Origin: Raillietiella orientalis
Taxonomy: Eukaryota
Assembly: GCA_036172245.1 (NCBI GenBank)
Contig: JAYWIR010000016.1
Location: forward strand, 2,418,001 to 2,482,000
Direction of reading: 5' to 3'
Length of the DNA: 64,000 nucleotides
The notes beneath the pieces are model-generated. The model ran no database searches, had not been told where the DNA came from, and saw nothing but the letters and a program-made list of their open reading frames with translations. The number at the start of each line of letters is the position of its first letter. The first letter of the stretch is position 1. The translations under genes were made by a program, and so were the position numbers. Shown one piece after another: positions 63,091 to 64,000 of this stretch.

Positions 63091-64000
63091 TCTTCAGCGC
63101 AGCAGCCCTGGGGATCCCGACTCGCTCCCCGGAATTCGGAAAGGGCGTCACACCTGGAATGAAAGGGAACCATCAAAGCGTTCCCGAGTTAGCCCTGAAG
63201 GGATTCTCATTCAAGATCAGTGCAATCGGCGGAACCTGATGACGAGGTGATTCCGCAGTTGCATCCACAAGGATTTGGGTGGACACGGCCCATGCCTCGC
63301 TCTTGAAAACGGAGTAGATTACCTGGGAACCGAAATGTCTCCTCTCCTCTCATCCTCACTCCTGAACGGTGCCACTCCTTTTCCAGGCTAGCCAGCGTTC
63401 CTAGACCTCTGGCATTGCCCTTGCAGAGGACACAATCCTCACGGTGTTTAACCTTTCCTCACGGAGGAGTTCCTTGGAAGGCGGTGATGGCCTCTGTGCG
63501 GTGGAGGCCCAACGACGCAAAGCATCTTGAATCCGTGGATCTTCTCGCAGCTTCCGTCTGATTCGGTGCCAAGCTGAACGCGTGGGTGGCGTCTGCGTTT
63601 CTGGCCCGTCAATCCCTCCAGTCTGGGAAGCTGGATGAGGCTGGAGCGAAATAGAAATCAGCGAAGGATGAATTCGTTTTGAGGTTGCATCTAAGGCGCG
63701 GTAGCCAGCAGCGGCTCGATGTGTAGCGGATGGTCTCGGCCTCGTTCATCCGGCACCGAGACAATGGGAGGCTGCAGAACGGATGGAAGACCTCTCGTGC
63801 GTCTGGTACTCCAGGGACACCCAGCCCACATCACGGAAGGAACAACACGAGGGACCGAAAATCAGATACAGCTAGAGGACAGATGAGGAATCCCGGAAAA
63901 TTGATGGGCTCTTGACATTCTTCCGGAATCCCTCATCTTCCCATCTGGGGAGCTCATCGCCTCTCAGACTGTTGCATCCTCAGCCCCCTGTCCTTCGTCT

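Overview
Eukaryotic (metazoan, probably invertebrate) repeat-rich, CpG-rich genomic DNA. I found no intact protein-coding gene, no rRNA and no prokaryotic system or CRISPR array; almost all of the ORF track is spurious. Recognisable content: (i) about 11 decayed copies or fragments of an APE-type L1/Tx1-like non-LTR retrotransposon lineage (ORF1/APE, RT, GGLG-thumb and CxxC..H..C zf-RVT pieces, T-rich 3' UTRs with hairpins); (ii) one open restriction-like endonuclease (RLE) C-terminus of an R2-superfamily (NeSL/Utopia-like) retrotransposon, joined head-to-head to a Tx1-like copy; (iii) at least 9 copies of a roughly 650-800 bp tRNA-headed SINE-like element with two B-box-like motifs, an internal array of ~40-bp-period semi-palindromic repeats and a 3' hairpin; (iv) a TIR-bounded AT-rich MITE-like island next to an (AT)n tract; (v) an intron-containing tRNA-Leu-like pseudogene near the centre of an old inverted duplication; (vi) two near-identical inverted duplications; (vii) scattered, heavily decayed LRR, ankyrin, C-type-lectin and possibly GPCR gene fragments. 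The best candidate for something undescribed is the tRNA-headed, repeat-array element. All protein assignments and identities are by-eye motif recognition, not database results, and element boundaries are approximate.
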